A DNA stretch of 47,341 nucleotides from Polyangia bacterium (GCA_050287845.1 JBNKCR010000081.1:1-47341); one strand, 5' to 3'; shown: positions 1 through 8,092, counted from the stretch's first letter. Translations and numbers: made by a program. The notes: generated from the letters alone by a model not told the origin.

Positions 1-139
1 ACCTTCACTCACTACCTTCACTCAATACACATTGCGATTGTGCTATTATTCTCGCGCAATGCGCGGCTTCAAAAATGTCAAAGATCCGCCGCTACCGTTC
101 CAATATTTTAACCGTGAACTTCGGTCTTTAGCGACATAA
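1..139 (-). mobile_element. Integron cassette 3 (partial, runs off the window); 5' end identical to cassette 1
   Basis: Positions 1-140 are identical to 1119-1258. The identity stops exactly at the GTT core (ACATAAC on +). The offset of 1118 equals cassette 1 (462) plus cassette 2 (656). Confidence 0.85.
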
Positions 140-210
140 CGCCGCGTTTCAGGGGCGCTGTGCCGCGGGGAACCCGCGGTGCAGTGTCCACCTGCAAACG
201 CTTGTTAGCC
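134..210 (-). mobile_element. attC: attC site of cassette 2 (77 bp)
   Basis: Minus strand reads GGCTAAC-AAGCG-TTTGCAGG...CCTGAAA-CGCGGC-GTTATGT: R'', L'' with one extra base, GC-rich central palindrome, L', R'. Confidence 0.93.
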
Positions 211-212
211 GC

Positions 213-241
213 TCGACATTTTTTGAAACCTTTTTTACTAT
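213..241 (+). promoter_or_regulatory. Putative sigma70 promoter of the inverted cassette gene
   Basis: TCGACA (213-218), 17-bp spacer, TACTAT (236-241), ending 17 bp before ATG 259. Confidence 0.55.
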
Positions 242-258
242 TCGCTGTCATAAGATTC

Positions 259-795
259 ATGAATACTTTTCAATTCAAATTAATTGTATTTTGTACGGTA
301 GCATTTCTTCTATCATGCAATAAGAAACAAAATGTTAAGTATTCTCAGAATATCCAAGAAGTTCCTCAGCAATCAATAAAAAATAACCCAATGGATAACA
401 AATCAGAAATCACAGAACATAATCAAGTTACTACGAAATCTTTTGCCCCAAATGCAGCCCCGAATCCTCACACACAAAACGCTAAACAATATTCAACAAT
501 ACTTCGTGTATCGCTATTGGAAATTGATGATTACTCAGAATGTAGCCATTGGAATCCGTGTTCTCCCACTGCTACTTTTAAAATTCTTAATGTTACTTCA
601 GGCCAATATGACGCGGACATAATAAAAGTTGTCATCGTTCTACCAGAATTTCTTCAATTTGAATTAAAATTGGAAAAATGTTACATACTACATTTTATTG
701 AAGCACCGCCGACATACAAAAAGCTTGGCCCTCCAAATAAACGACCAGCCGTACCTATCATGTCAGACAGTATCGCGGAATCTGATTGCGGCTAA
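259..795 (+). CDS. Hypothetical lipoprotein (cassette gene, 178 aa)
   Basis: Start moved from 160 (inside attC) to ATG 259. N-terminus MNTFQFKLIVFCTVAFLLSC has a lipobox, followed by an N/Q/P-rich linker and a beta-rich domain. The TAA stop lies inside the recombination core. Confidence 0.75.
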   Translation: MNTFQFKLIVFCTVAFLLSCNKKQNVKYSQNIQEVPQQSIKNNPMDNKSEITEHNQVTTKSFAPNAAPNPHTQNAKQYSTILRVSLLEIDDYSECSHWNPCSPTATFKILNVTSGQYDADIIKVVIVLPEFLQFELKLEKCYILHFIEAPPTYKKLGPPNKRPAVPIMSDSIAESDCG

Positions 796-864
796 CGCTC
801 CGCTTCAGGGGCGCCCGGCCGCGCGTTCGCGCGGTTGGGTGTCCCCTGCAAGCGGTTGTTATGT
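790..864 (-). mobile_element. attC: attC site of cassette 1 (75 bp)
   Basis: Minus strand reads ACATAAC-AACCG-CTTGCAGG...CCTGAAG-CGGAGC-GTTAGCC. Similar to the attC at 134-210. Confidence 0.93.
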
Positions 865-985
865 TCGCAAAGGCAAATTCTATCCCTTTTTCTTCGGTTA
901 AGAAACAAACTTTTTGGGTGCGTTCAGATTCTGTTTAACGCAGAGGAAAATAGATCGTGTTGCCCGGCTATGGAAATCGACAATG

Positions 986-1151
986 AACGGTCCCTGGCTG
1001 TTTATTCGAGTAAGACGGCACCTGAAACCATTTGAACAGATACCTTCACGCAATACATATTAAACGGTCCTTGACTGTTTATTCGAGTAAGACGGCACCT
1101 GAAGCCATTTGAACAGATACCTTCACTCACTACCTTCACTCAATACACATT
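986..1151. repeat. Two-copy 77-bp tandem repeat inside cassette 1, with a 13-bp sub-duplication in the second copy
   Basis: AACGGTCC..CTGTTTATTCGAGTAAGACGGCACCTGAA.CCATTTGAACAGATACCTTCAC starts at 986 and 1063. TACCTTCACTCA occurs twice, at 1118 and 1131. Confidence 0.92.
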
Positions 1152-1192
1152 GCGATTGTGCTATTATTCTCGCGCAATGCGCGGCTTCAAAA

Positions 1193-1204
1193 ATGTCAAA
1201 GATC
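1193..1204 (-). promoter_or_regulatory. boxA-like (Nus antitermination) motif; second copy at 75-86
   Basis: Minus strand GATCTTTGACAT versus E. coli rrn boxA GCTCTTTAACA. Lies 18 nt downstream of a TAAAAT hexamer (1223-1228). Confidence 0.45.
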
Positions 1205-1251
1205 CGCCGCTACCGTTCCAATATTTTAACCGTGAACTTCGGTCTTTAGCG

Positions 1252-1272
1252 ACATAACTATTATTCTGGGAC
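1252..1272 (-). mobile_element. attI: Predicted attI site (crossover G|TT at 1258/1257)
   Basis: Minus strand CCCAGAATAATAGTTATGT resembles attI1 CCCTAAAACAAAGTTRRRY. There is no attC palindrome here, and the cassette duplication ends at this point. Confidence 0.75.
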
Positions 1273-1456
1273 ATGGGTTTAAAAAAATGAATATTGAATA
1301 CTTGATTCTCTAGCATGGTAATTAGCAATCATTTGTATTGGTTCAAATTTCGTCTCGACTGATTCTTTTCAACTCATAACTACATATTCATTCACACACA
1401 TCCCACTCTGAACGACTTTCATGTTCTCATAGATTCAACATCGTGCCTTAGAGCAT

Positions 1457-1488
1457 TTCATTTTATTGGAGACGTCCAATAAAATGAA
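1457..1488. repeat. Perfect 14-bp inverted repeat in the attI-intI spacer
   Basis: TTCATTTTATTGGA-gacg-TCCAATAAAATGAA. Confidence 0.85.
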
Positions 1489-1643
1489 GAACCACTTATT
1501 AATATTATGTGTCCTGTCTGATAATCAGAACAATTAATTTCCGTCACAAATAAATTTTTTTGCAACTTTTTCCGCTTCCAGTCGAAGTTCATCCCGTTTC
1601 CGAATTTTGTCATCTCAATTACAGAAGGAAAGGTAGTTTTTGC

Positions 1644-2921
1644 ATGCAGGAAACACTCGAAGGATATGCCCGCTTCTTAAAAGAACGTCGTTTGGTGCCA
1701 GACTTTGTTGTTCCGTACGCAGTTCATTGGCTTCGACAATATCTTGAACTTCAGACTCGCTTTCCTGGCCGTGATCGCGCCTACTTGACCTCAAAGTTTC
1801 TTGATCACCTCATTGAATCGGAAAAATGGGAACACTGGCAAATAAACCAGGCCGCCATGGCAATTAAGCTGTATCTGACTCATTATTCGCATACCAGCGA
1901 TCTGTCTGTTACAAAGTCACGCCAGCAGGTTGACGAATTGAATATTCAAAACGCGCTGTACAGTCTTCAGGAGGCCATTCGACTGCGCCACCTGTCTTTA
2001 AGTACCGAACGCGCATATATTTCATGGTCGCGACGATTCTTAAATTATTGCCAGGATGTATTGAAGGTGTCTTACCCCGACAGCAGTCATGTGAAGCAAT
2101 ACCTCAGTCATCTTGCTGTAATAGACAAGGTAAGCGCATCAACTCAAAACCAGGCGTTCGCTGCTTTGTTGATGCTATGCAACGAAGTACTTGCCGTACC
2201 TCTGGATAACATCGCTAATAGCGTCAGAGCCAAAAAAGGCAATCGCCTACCGGTGGTTCTGTCAAAAACAGAGGTTAAAAAACTCCTCAACAACCTGGAT
2301 CGGAAATTCCTATTGATCTGTCAACTTCTTTATGGCACCGGCATGCGACTGAAGGAAGTCCTTCGGCTCAGAGTAAAGGATATAGATTTTAATTTGAAAT
2401 CCATTACGGTTCGCGACGGCAAAGGTCAAAAGGATCGCACTACATTGCTGCCGACGATACTCACAAAGCCGCTATCCATTCAGCTCGAATCAGCCCGAGC
2501 ACTCCACATCCACGATCTGGGAAACAATTGTGGCGCTGTGTACATGCCCTATTCTCTAGCACGGAAGTATCCAGGGGCCCAAACACAATGGTGTTGGCAA
2601 TGGGTATTTCCACAATCTGACTTATCTGTCGATCCCAGAAATTGTCAGGTTCGAAGGCATCATGTGCATCCCAAGGCCATTCAACGCGCATTTTCTAAAG
2701 CCCTTCTGAAAAGTGGTATTGAAAAGCATGCTTCTGTTCACTCTTTGAGACACAGTTTTGCAACACAATTGCTCATAGAAAACGTCGACATCCGCCAGAT
2801 TCAGGAACTTCTCGGACATAAAAGTCTTGATACCACCATGATTTACACCCATGTCACTCGCGGAATCCGCCAACCATGCCCAAGTCCCATCGATTCATTT
2901 GATCCTGGCAATGATTCCTGA
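1644..2921 (+). CDS. intI: Integron integrase with extended N-terminus (425 aa)
   Basis: Tyrosine recombinase residues (GMR, KG.KDR, HSLRH, LGH, IYTH) and the integron-specific insertion (VYMPYSLARKYP...WQWVFP...DPR...RRHH). SAM-like domain ...VSASTQNQA. AAGGAAAGG precedes ATG 1644. Confidence 0.96.
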   Translation: MQETLEGYARFLKERRLVPDFVVPYAVHWLRQYLELQTRFPGRDRAYLTSKFLDHLIESEKWEHWQINQAAMAIKLYLTHYSHTSDLSVTKSRQQVDELNIQNALYSLQEAIRLRHLSLSTERAYISWSRRFLNYCQDVLKVSYPDSSHVKQYLSHLAVIDKVSASTQNQAFAALLMLCNEVLAVPLDNIANSVRAKKGNRLPVVLSKTEVKKLLNNLDRKFLLICQLLYGTGMRLKEVLRLRVKDIDFNLKSITVRDGKGQKDRTTLLPTILTKPLSIQLESARALHIHDLGNNCGAVYMPYSLARKYPGAQTQWCWQWVFPQSDLSVDPRNCQVRRHHVHPKAIQRAFSKALLKSGIEKHASVHSLRHSFATQLLIENVDIRQIQELLGHKSLDTTMIYTHVTRGIRQPCPSPIDSFDPGNDS

Positions 2922-3023
2922 AGCACAGAACTTCACCCAACGATAACAAAGTACAATTGCAACAAATCAATTAAAAAAAAGGGGGGAAAGCAGGATGCCA
3001 ACGCGATTGGCGATTCAACAGAT

Positions 3024-5075
3024 CTATTCGGATTCGGATTCCACTTCGGATTCCTTTTCTTTCGCACGGCGTTCTTCAAGTTCGCCGACAACGTTTTCCA
3101 TGAACGCATCGTCAAGTTTGTAGAAGTAGACCACTGTACCGGCCACAAAGCAGCCAATGGACGGAATCCAACTCATGAGTGCCTTGATACCGGTAATGGC
3201 CTCTGCACTCTGTTCCATGTTGGCCTGAAAACCATACCAGGACAGCAACAGTCCCGCCAGCATCCCACCGAGCGTCCATCCCATCTTCTGGGCAAACGTT
3301 GCCGCAGAGAAGAACAGACCCGTGGCGCGCGTTCCCTTTCGCCATTCGGAGTAATCTGCGATATCCGCATACATGGCCCAAACAATGGGAGACAGCGGTC
3401 CAGACAGGAATCCGCCAAGAGTGGTGAGGGCAAACATGAGCAGCAGACTTTCGGAATCCAGCCACATGAAGGGCAGCATGGTGGCCACAGTAAGATATGA
3501 GCAGAGCATGTACACGCGTTTTTTGCTGCCCAATACCCGCGTCAGCCAATCCGTGGCCAGCACGCCAATCAGGTTCATGACTGTACCCGACAGCATGAAT
3601 GGCACGGAGGCTTCAATGTCTTTAATGTAATATTTGAAATAATACATCACCACGCCATTGCGGATGCACACCTGGGCAATCGAGAACAATCCCATGATTC
3701 CCACAATCCACCAAGGCACATTCGAAACCACATCGAGCAAGTCTTTTCCCACAGACGTTTTGGCATCCCTGGATGGTTTAACCCGCTCCCTGGTGGAGAC
3801 AAAAGTAAAGAAAAACAATGCCATGGCCAGCAGCGCGTACAATCCAATGGTGAACTCAAACCCGGTCTGCTGGTCAACCACTTTCAATGTGGCCGACGAA
3901 TCCCAATTGGCTTCCTTTTTGATTACTTCCAGCGGAGGCGCTTTTTCGTATTCAGGCGACAGCGCAATTTCAGCTGCCTTTGTCCACTTTCCAGCATCGT
4001 TGTTTTTCAGGGCGGCAAAGAGAGCGGTCAAATCGTCCTTGCGGACTTCGGAAGCCCCACCAAAATTGTCTGCAATCACCGCAATATCCGCATCGGTGAG
4101 ACCCGCATCCCGCTTCAGCACATCCTTGAGAGATTCCGCTTTTGTGTCCGAACCAATTTTCGCAGGAGGTTCCAGAACCACCACCGTCGGATTGAACAGC
4201 GCATTGAGATCAACCTTCTTCTGGCCGAATCCTTCCTCCAGGAAGAAGTTGCCCCCGAGTATCTGCTTGTCCGCCACAACTTTTTCAGCATGTCCGTCGG
4301 GTTTGATTTCCTCGAGGCGTTCCGGGGTATTCACCCAGATATTGGTGGTCAGCTGTTTGTGCTGGTCATCGGTCACAATCGAATTGAACTTCGCCAGTAC
4401 TTCCTGCTGCCAGGTTCTGGGAGTGGGCAGAATCGATTTGTAGGTCGCCTGCAACTGCACCGTGCCAACGCCTGCTTCGGTGATAACAATTTCATTTTTA
4501 CCGGTATTTTTAATTGTGATTACATCAGTCGACCCGGCGCCCGTCGCGGATACCATGGGAACCGTGACCAGCTGCACCACAATGCCACCGGCAAATGCCG
4601 CCACGAATCGGTACGATGAAATGCTCGTGCGATCCTTGGAACTGGGGGTCAGAACGCCCATCAGCGCGGAATAGGGGATGTTGATGGCAGTGTACACCAT
4701 CATCATCAACGTGTAGGTGATATAGGCATAAACCAGCTTGCCGGTTACTGTTAAATCGGGAGTGTAAAACGCAAAAAAACCAATAATTCCGAATGGTACA
4801 AACATCCAGAGAAGGAATGGACGATACTTGCCCATATTGGTATTGGTGCGATCCGAGATTATTCCCATCATCGGGTCATTGATGGCATCCCACAGTTTGG
4901 TGATACCGAACATGGTGCCCACCATTGCAGCAGGCAATCCGAACACATCGGTGTAGAAAAACATTCCGTAAAAAATGAATGTCATCCAAAACAGGTTGCT
5001 CGCAAGGTCCCCCAGGCTGTACCCGAATTTTTCTTTCGCTCTAAGTAATGGAATATTCTCAACTTTTTTTGACAT
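3024..5075 (-). CDS. Glycoside-pentoside-hexuronide (MelB/XynP-like) MFS symporter with a large inserted domain
   Basis: EKFGYSLGD, WDAINDPMMGIISDRT..GKYRPF, NIPYSAL and MYADIADYSEW..G.RATG motifs; 683 aa. Confidence 0.9.
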   Translation of the reverse strand: MSKKVENIPLLRAKEKFGYSLGDLASNLFWMTFIFYGMFFYTDVFGLPAAMVGTMFGITKLWDAINDPMMGIISDRTNTNMGKYRPFLLWMFVPFGIIGFFAFYTPDLTVTGKLVYAYITYTLMMMVYTAINIPYSALMGVLTPSSKDRTSISSYRFVAAFAGGIVVQLVTVPMVSATGAGSTDVITIKNTGKNEIVITEAGVGTVQLQATYKSILPTPRTWQQEVLAKFNSIVTDDQHKQLTTNIWVNTPERLEEIKPDGHAEKVVADKQILGGNFFLEEGFGQKKVDLNALFNPTVVVLEPPAKIGSDTKAESLKDVLKRDAGLTDADIAVIADNFGGASEVRKDDLTALFAALKNNDAGKWTKAAEIALSPEYEKAPPLEVIKKEANWDSSATLKVVDQQTGFEFTIGLYALLAMALFFFTFVSTRERVKPSRDAKTSVGKDLLDVVSNVPWWIVGIMGLFSIAQVCIRNGVVMYYFKYYIKDIEASVPFMLSGTVMNLIGVLATDWLTRVLGSKKRVYMLCSYLTVATMLPFMWLDSESLLLMFALTTLGGFLSGPLSPIVWAMYADIADYSEWRKGTRATGLFFSAATFAQKMGWTLGGMLAGLLLSWYGFQANMEQSAEAITGIKALMSWIPSIGCFVAGTVVYFYKLDDAFMENVVGELEERRAKEKESEVESESE

Positions 5076-5410
5076 GTCGACTCCCGCCTATGTTGAAATC
5101 AAGTTGTCTGTTTCCAACGTCTTTTTTGTGATTTTTAAAAATTTAGCGACTTTTATAGTCCTTAACGGAAAAAAAAAGCAAGATTTCTTTTGTCACTTCA
5201 TAGTGAGGAACCCCGCCTCAAACAGCTCAAAAAAAGACCGAGCGCCGAAAATATTCTAAACCCGATTGAAATATCGGCAGCCGCTTCCCCAATGTCCCCG
5301 ATCGAATTACCATTCAAAAATGAGCACTTTCAGGTATATTAACCGGCAATAAAAAGTCGACATCCGAATCAAATCGTTTCGACAACATATTGTAAAAAAG
5401 GGTTATCAGT

Positions 5411-6346
5411 ATGACAGAATATCCGAGGCTGGTTGCCATCGAAACCACCAATCGGTGCAATGCCAAATGCGCCTTCTGCCCCAATAATTCGCTGGCCCGG
5501 GAGCGGCGGGTGATGAGTGGGGAGCTGTTTGAGAAAATTGTGGATGACTGCACCCGGTTCCCGCTGCCGGCCGTTGAACCGTTCCTGCAAGGCGAACCAT
5601 TTGTGGACCCCCACATTTTCGAACGTCTGAGCTACATCAACGAAAAATTGCCGAACACCGCGCTCCGACTGTACTCCAATGGTGCGGCCCTCACTCCCGC
5701 CAAAGCCGATGAACTCAGAAAACTGAATGTCAGCAAACTGTACATCTCGCTCAATACCATCAACCCAACGAAATACGAAAAAATCGTAGGCCTTCCATTT
5801 GAGAAAACCATGGAAAATCTGCGGTATCTTGCCACCGCAAATGAAAAAGGGCGGGTGGCGCCGGAGATAGTCGTGCGCATCACCCTGGTGGATGACATCG
5901 AGAAAAGCGAAATTGCAGAATTCAAACGGCTGTGCGCGAATCTGGGTGTAAAACCCATGACCGTGGGATTGTTCAATTATAAGGGCGACATTCACTCTGA
6001 TCTGCCGGTACCCCCCTATCCCTGCGAACACATCAACCGGCTGGACATACTTTCAAACGGCGAAACCACTCTCTGCTGCATGGATCAGGAAGGAGAGTAC
6101 GGTTTTGGCAGTGTGGTCAACGACAGCGTATTGGATGTATTCAATAACAGAAAGGCCACCCTGGTCCGCACCATGCATCGCACGGGAAAGCGGCTTCAGT
6201 TTGAACCGTGCGATCGCTGTAACCTGTTCTGGCCTTCTCTTTCCAATCTCTCATTAAAATGGAAAATCAAACACGGCTTCGATTTGGCAATGTATTTCGT
6301 AAAATACCGCCCCCTCAAAGCAAAGACCCACGTTTTCACGGAATAG
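5411..6346 (+). CDS. Radical SAM protein with SPASM/twitch-like C-terminus
   Basis: CNAKCAFC (CxxxCxxC), GEP motif, C-terminal PC...CC.D...CDRC. Confidence 0.9.
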   Translation: MTEYPRLVAIETTNRCNAKCAFCPNNSLARERRVMSGELFEKIVDDCTRFPLPAVEPFLQGEPFVDPHIFERLSYINEKLPNTALRLYSNGAALTPAKADELRKLNVSKLYISLNTINPTKYEKIVGLPFEKTMENLRYLATANEKGRVAPEIVVRITLVDDIEKSEIAEFKRLCANLGVKPMTVGLFNYKGDIHSDLPVPPYPCEHINRLDILSNGETTLCCMDQEGEYGFGSVVNDSVLDVFNNRKATLVRTMHRTGKRLQFEPCDRCNLFWPSLSNLSLKWKIKHGFDLAMYFVKYRPLKAKTHVFTE

Positions 6347-6348
6347 AA

Positions 6349-7293
6349 TTATTCCACAATAATCGGATTCGGGGTGAAGCAGCTGATATTGGTCTCGAGA
6401 TGAAAATTGGACTGGGAAGTGTGCCGTTCGGCGTGGAAGATGTCCATGTCGTACTCATATCCGGGCTTAATATCGAGCTCTTCAGCCCTGGCGTCAAAGT
6501 CGATGGTCCCGGTGAACGGCAGATGCAGTCCCCCCAGATCCAGGGCAATTCTGCCGTTCACAAAAATCCAGAGATCGTCGTCGCCGCTGAAGGTGAACTT
6601 CTGACCGGCCACATACTTGAACTTCAGGTGCATCTCGGTGGTGAACAGAAAATTCTGCCCGGCATTGGCCGGTGTTTCCCCGAACCCCTCCGCGGTGGAC
6701 AGGGGGAAAAACGCGTCGCTGTCATAGACAAACACCCCCCGCCGCTGGGGGTCAGGGGTCAGCTCAATTGATTTTTCAAACCGCTTGCTGGCCGCGGTGT
6801 CGTGATACCAATCGTAGAAGGACTCCGCGCCCTCAAACATGGGAATGGTCCCCATGTAACATTGCTCCTCGGTGCCCGGCCCCGAATCCCAGCAGTTTCG
6901 CTCCAGATCGCCGCTGCCATTATTGGATTTCCAGGTGTACGCCCCCATGGCATCTGCGAACACGGGCTTCCGGTCTTCCCCCAGCTCCGATTCCAGCACC
7001 CCGGCGAGGGGCCCCCAACCGTTGTCGGCGCGCTCCATATCCGGGTGCCCGGTATTGAAATCCCGCAGGGTAATATCAATGGCGGTCTTGCAATCCGGAT
7101 CGTCGGATGGCACGTACCAGCCGGTATCGTCGTCCCCATCGGCATCCCCATCGCTGTCGCTGTCACTGTCGCTGTCACTGTCGCCATCTGTGGATGCCCC
7201 GTCTCCGGGAATCTGATCATAGCCCGGATCTTCACATCCCATTGCGCCGGCAAATGCGCCGGCAAATATCATTAAGCAAATCATCCTGAACAT
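6349..7293 (-). CDS. Fibro-slime (PA14-like) domain lipoprotein
   Basis: Lipobox AMGC, Asp/Ser linker, and FFPL...NFLFTTE...FTFSGDDDLWIFVNG..ALDLGGLH...FHAER. Confidence 0.88.
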   Translation of the reverse strand: MFRMICLMIFAGAFAGAMGCEDPGYDQIPGDGASTDGDSDSDSDSDSDGDADGDDDTGWYVPSDDPDCKTAIDITLRDFNTGHPDMERADNGWGPLAGVLESELGEDRKPVFADAMGAYTWKSNNGSGDLERNCWDSGPGTEEQCYMGTIPMFEGAESFYDWYHDTAASKRFEKSIELTPDPQRRGVFVYDSDAFFPLSTAEGFGETPANAGQNFLFTTEMHLKFKYVAGQKFTFSGDDDLWIFVNGRIALDLGGLHLPFTGTIDFDARAEELDIKPGYEYDMDIFHAERHTSQSNFHLETNISCFTPNPIIVE

Positions 7294-7528
7294 TTACTAC
7301 CTCTTTAAACTTCAATTCTTAAGGCGCCTAATTCAAAACGCCATTTCTAAGTATGAAATTGACTACAAAAGAGGACACAAAATCCACTTCCCCCCTTCGG
7401 GGGCGGGTTCTGCCAGTGGACTTGTCTGCACAAATCACGTAAAACTGTTTAAAAAGAAACGGATATTCGTTTTAATTCCGGAGAATGAAATTTTTGCTCA
7501 CAAATTTTGGATTACCCCGACAAATAAT

Positions 7529-8092
7529 ATGGAAAACGAACTGAATATTGGAAAATGTCGAAAATGTGGGACGGACAATCCACAGAGCAACCAATACTGC
7601 GCCTCCTGCGGGGCCATTCTGAAAGTGTCCACCGGAATGATTGAAGCGCAGCCCAAACCCGTCGTGCCATTTGTCCACCGATTCGAAAAGCGGTGGCTGC
7701 TTGCCGCCATTTTTGTTTTCATGGGCGTGTGGGCCATTTCGGTGATTCTCCTTGTGGTTTTCAGCTGGCTGTTTTTCAATGCAACCGTCACCGAGTTCAA
7801 ATTGGGCGAGACGGGCATTCAGACCCGACTGTTGCCCGTACTGTTCCCCGCTCTGGGCGCGGCAACAGTACTGTATTTTTCATCGGGGGTGCTCATCAGC
7901 CGGCTGGCCCGGGATGCGAAAGTTGCAGAAACCGTTCTGGCCGCCATCATCATCGCTATCGGTATTGGTATTGCCGGCAGCGTGGTCAGCTCTGATTTTT
8001 TTATTGCATCTTCATTATTCGGCACCCCCGGCGTTGTCGCTGCCGGTCTGGGCGCACGATTTGGCGGAAAGAAGTTTATGAGGTCTTCGTGA
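7529..8092 (+). CDS. Zinc-ribbon membrane protein
   Basis: CRKC...CASC N-terminus followed by about 4 hydrophobic helices. Confidence 0.75.
   Translation: MENELNIGKCRKCGTDNPQSNQYCASCGAILKVSTGMIEAQPKPVVPFVHRFEKRWLLAAIFVFMGVWAISVILLVVFSWLFFNATVTEFKLGETGIQTRLLPVLFPALGAATVLYFSSGVLISRLARDAKVAETVLAAIIIAIGIGIAGSVVSSDFFIASSLFGTPGVVAAGLGARFGGKKFMRSS

Larger units (their letters stand above)
140..795 (-). mobile_element. Integron cassette 2 (656 bp), containing a gene in inverted orientation
   Basis: Begins with (G)TTAGCC and has the complementary R'' GGCTAAC in its own attC. The body is markedly AT-rich. Confidence 0.88.
796..1257 (-). mobile_element. Integron cassette 1 (462 bp), apparently ORF-less
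   Basis: Starts with (G)TTATGT at attI and has the complementary R'' ACATAAC. The ORF track shows no minus-strand ORF of 60 aa or more; the short + ORFs run through the attC. Confidence 0.85.

Noticed and set aside
160..258. ORF-track N-terminal extension of the cassette gene
   Set aside because: It starts inside the attC; ATG 259 gives a proper signal peptide.
877..905. Outward minus-strand promoter at the cassette 1 3' end (TAGAAT at 877-882)
   Set aside because: The -35 at 17-bp spacing (TTTCTT) is poor; kept only as a possibility.
698..1035. Short + ORFs of 67 and 66 aa
   Set aside because: They cross the attC palindrome and cassette boundaries, lack an RBS and show no protein features.
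986..1151. CRISPR array interpretation of the repeats
   Set aside because: Only two abutting 77-bp units, no unique spacers and no cas genes.
1159..1167. Extended -10 (TGcTATTAT) on the + strand of the ORF-less cassette (copy at 41-49), pointing at intI or the inverted gene
   Set aside because: No -35 support, such matches are common in AT-rich DNA, and the inverted gene has a better promoter of its own.
7383..7420. Hairpin with a C(UUCG)G loop and outer TCCACT/AGTGGA stem between divergent genes
   Set aside because: No U-tract and no recognisable riboswitch consensus; function cannot be supported.
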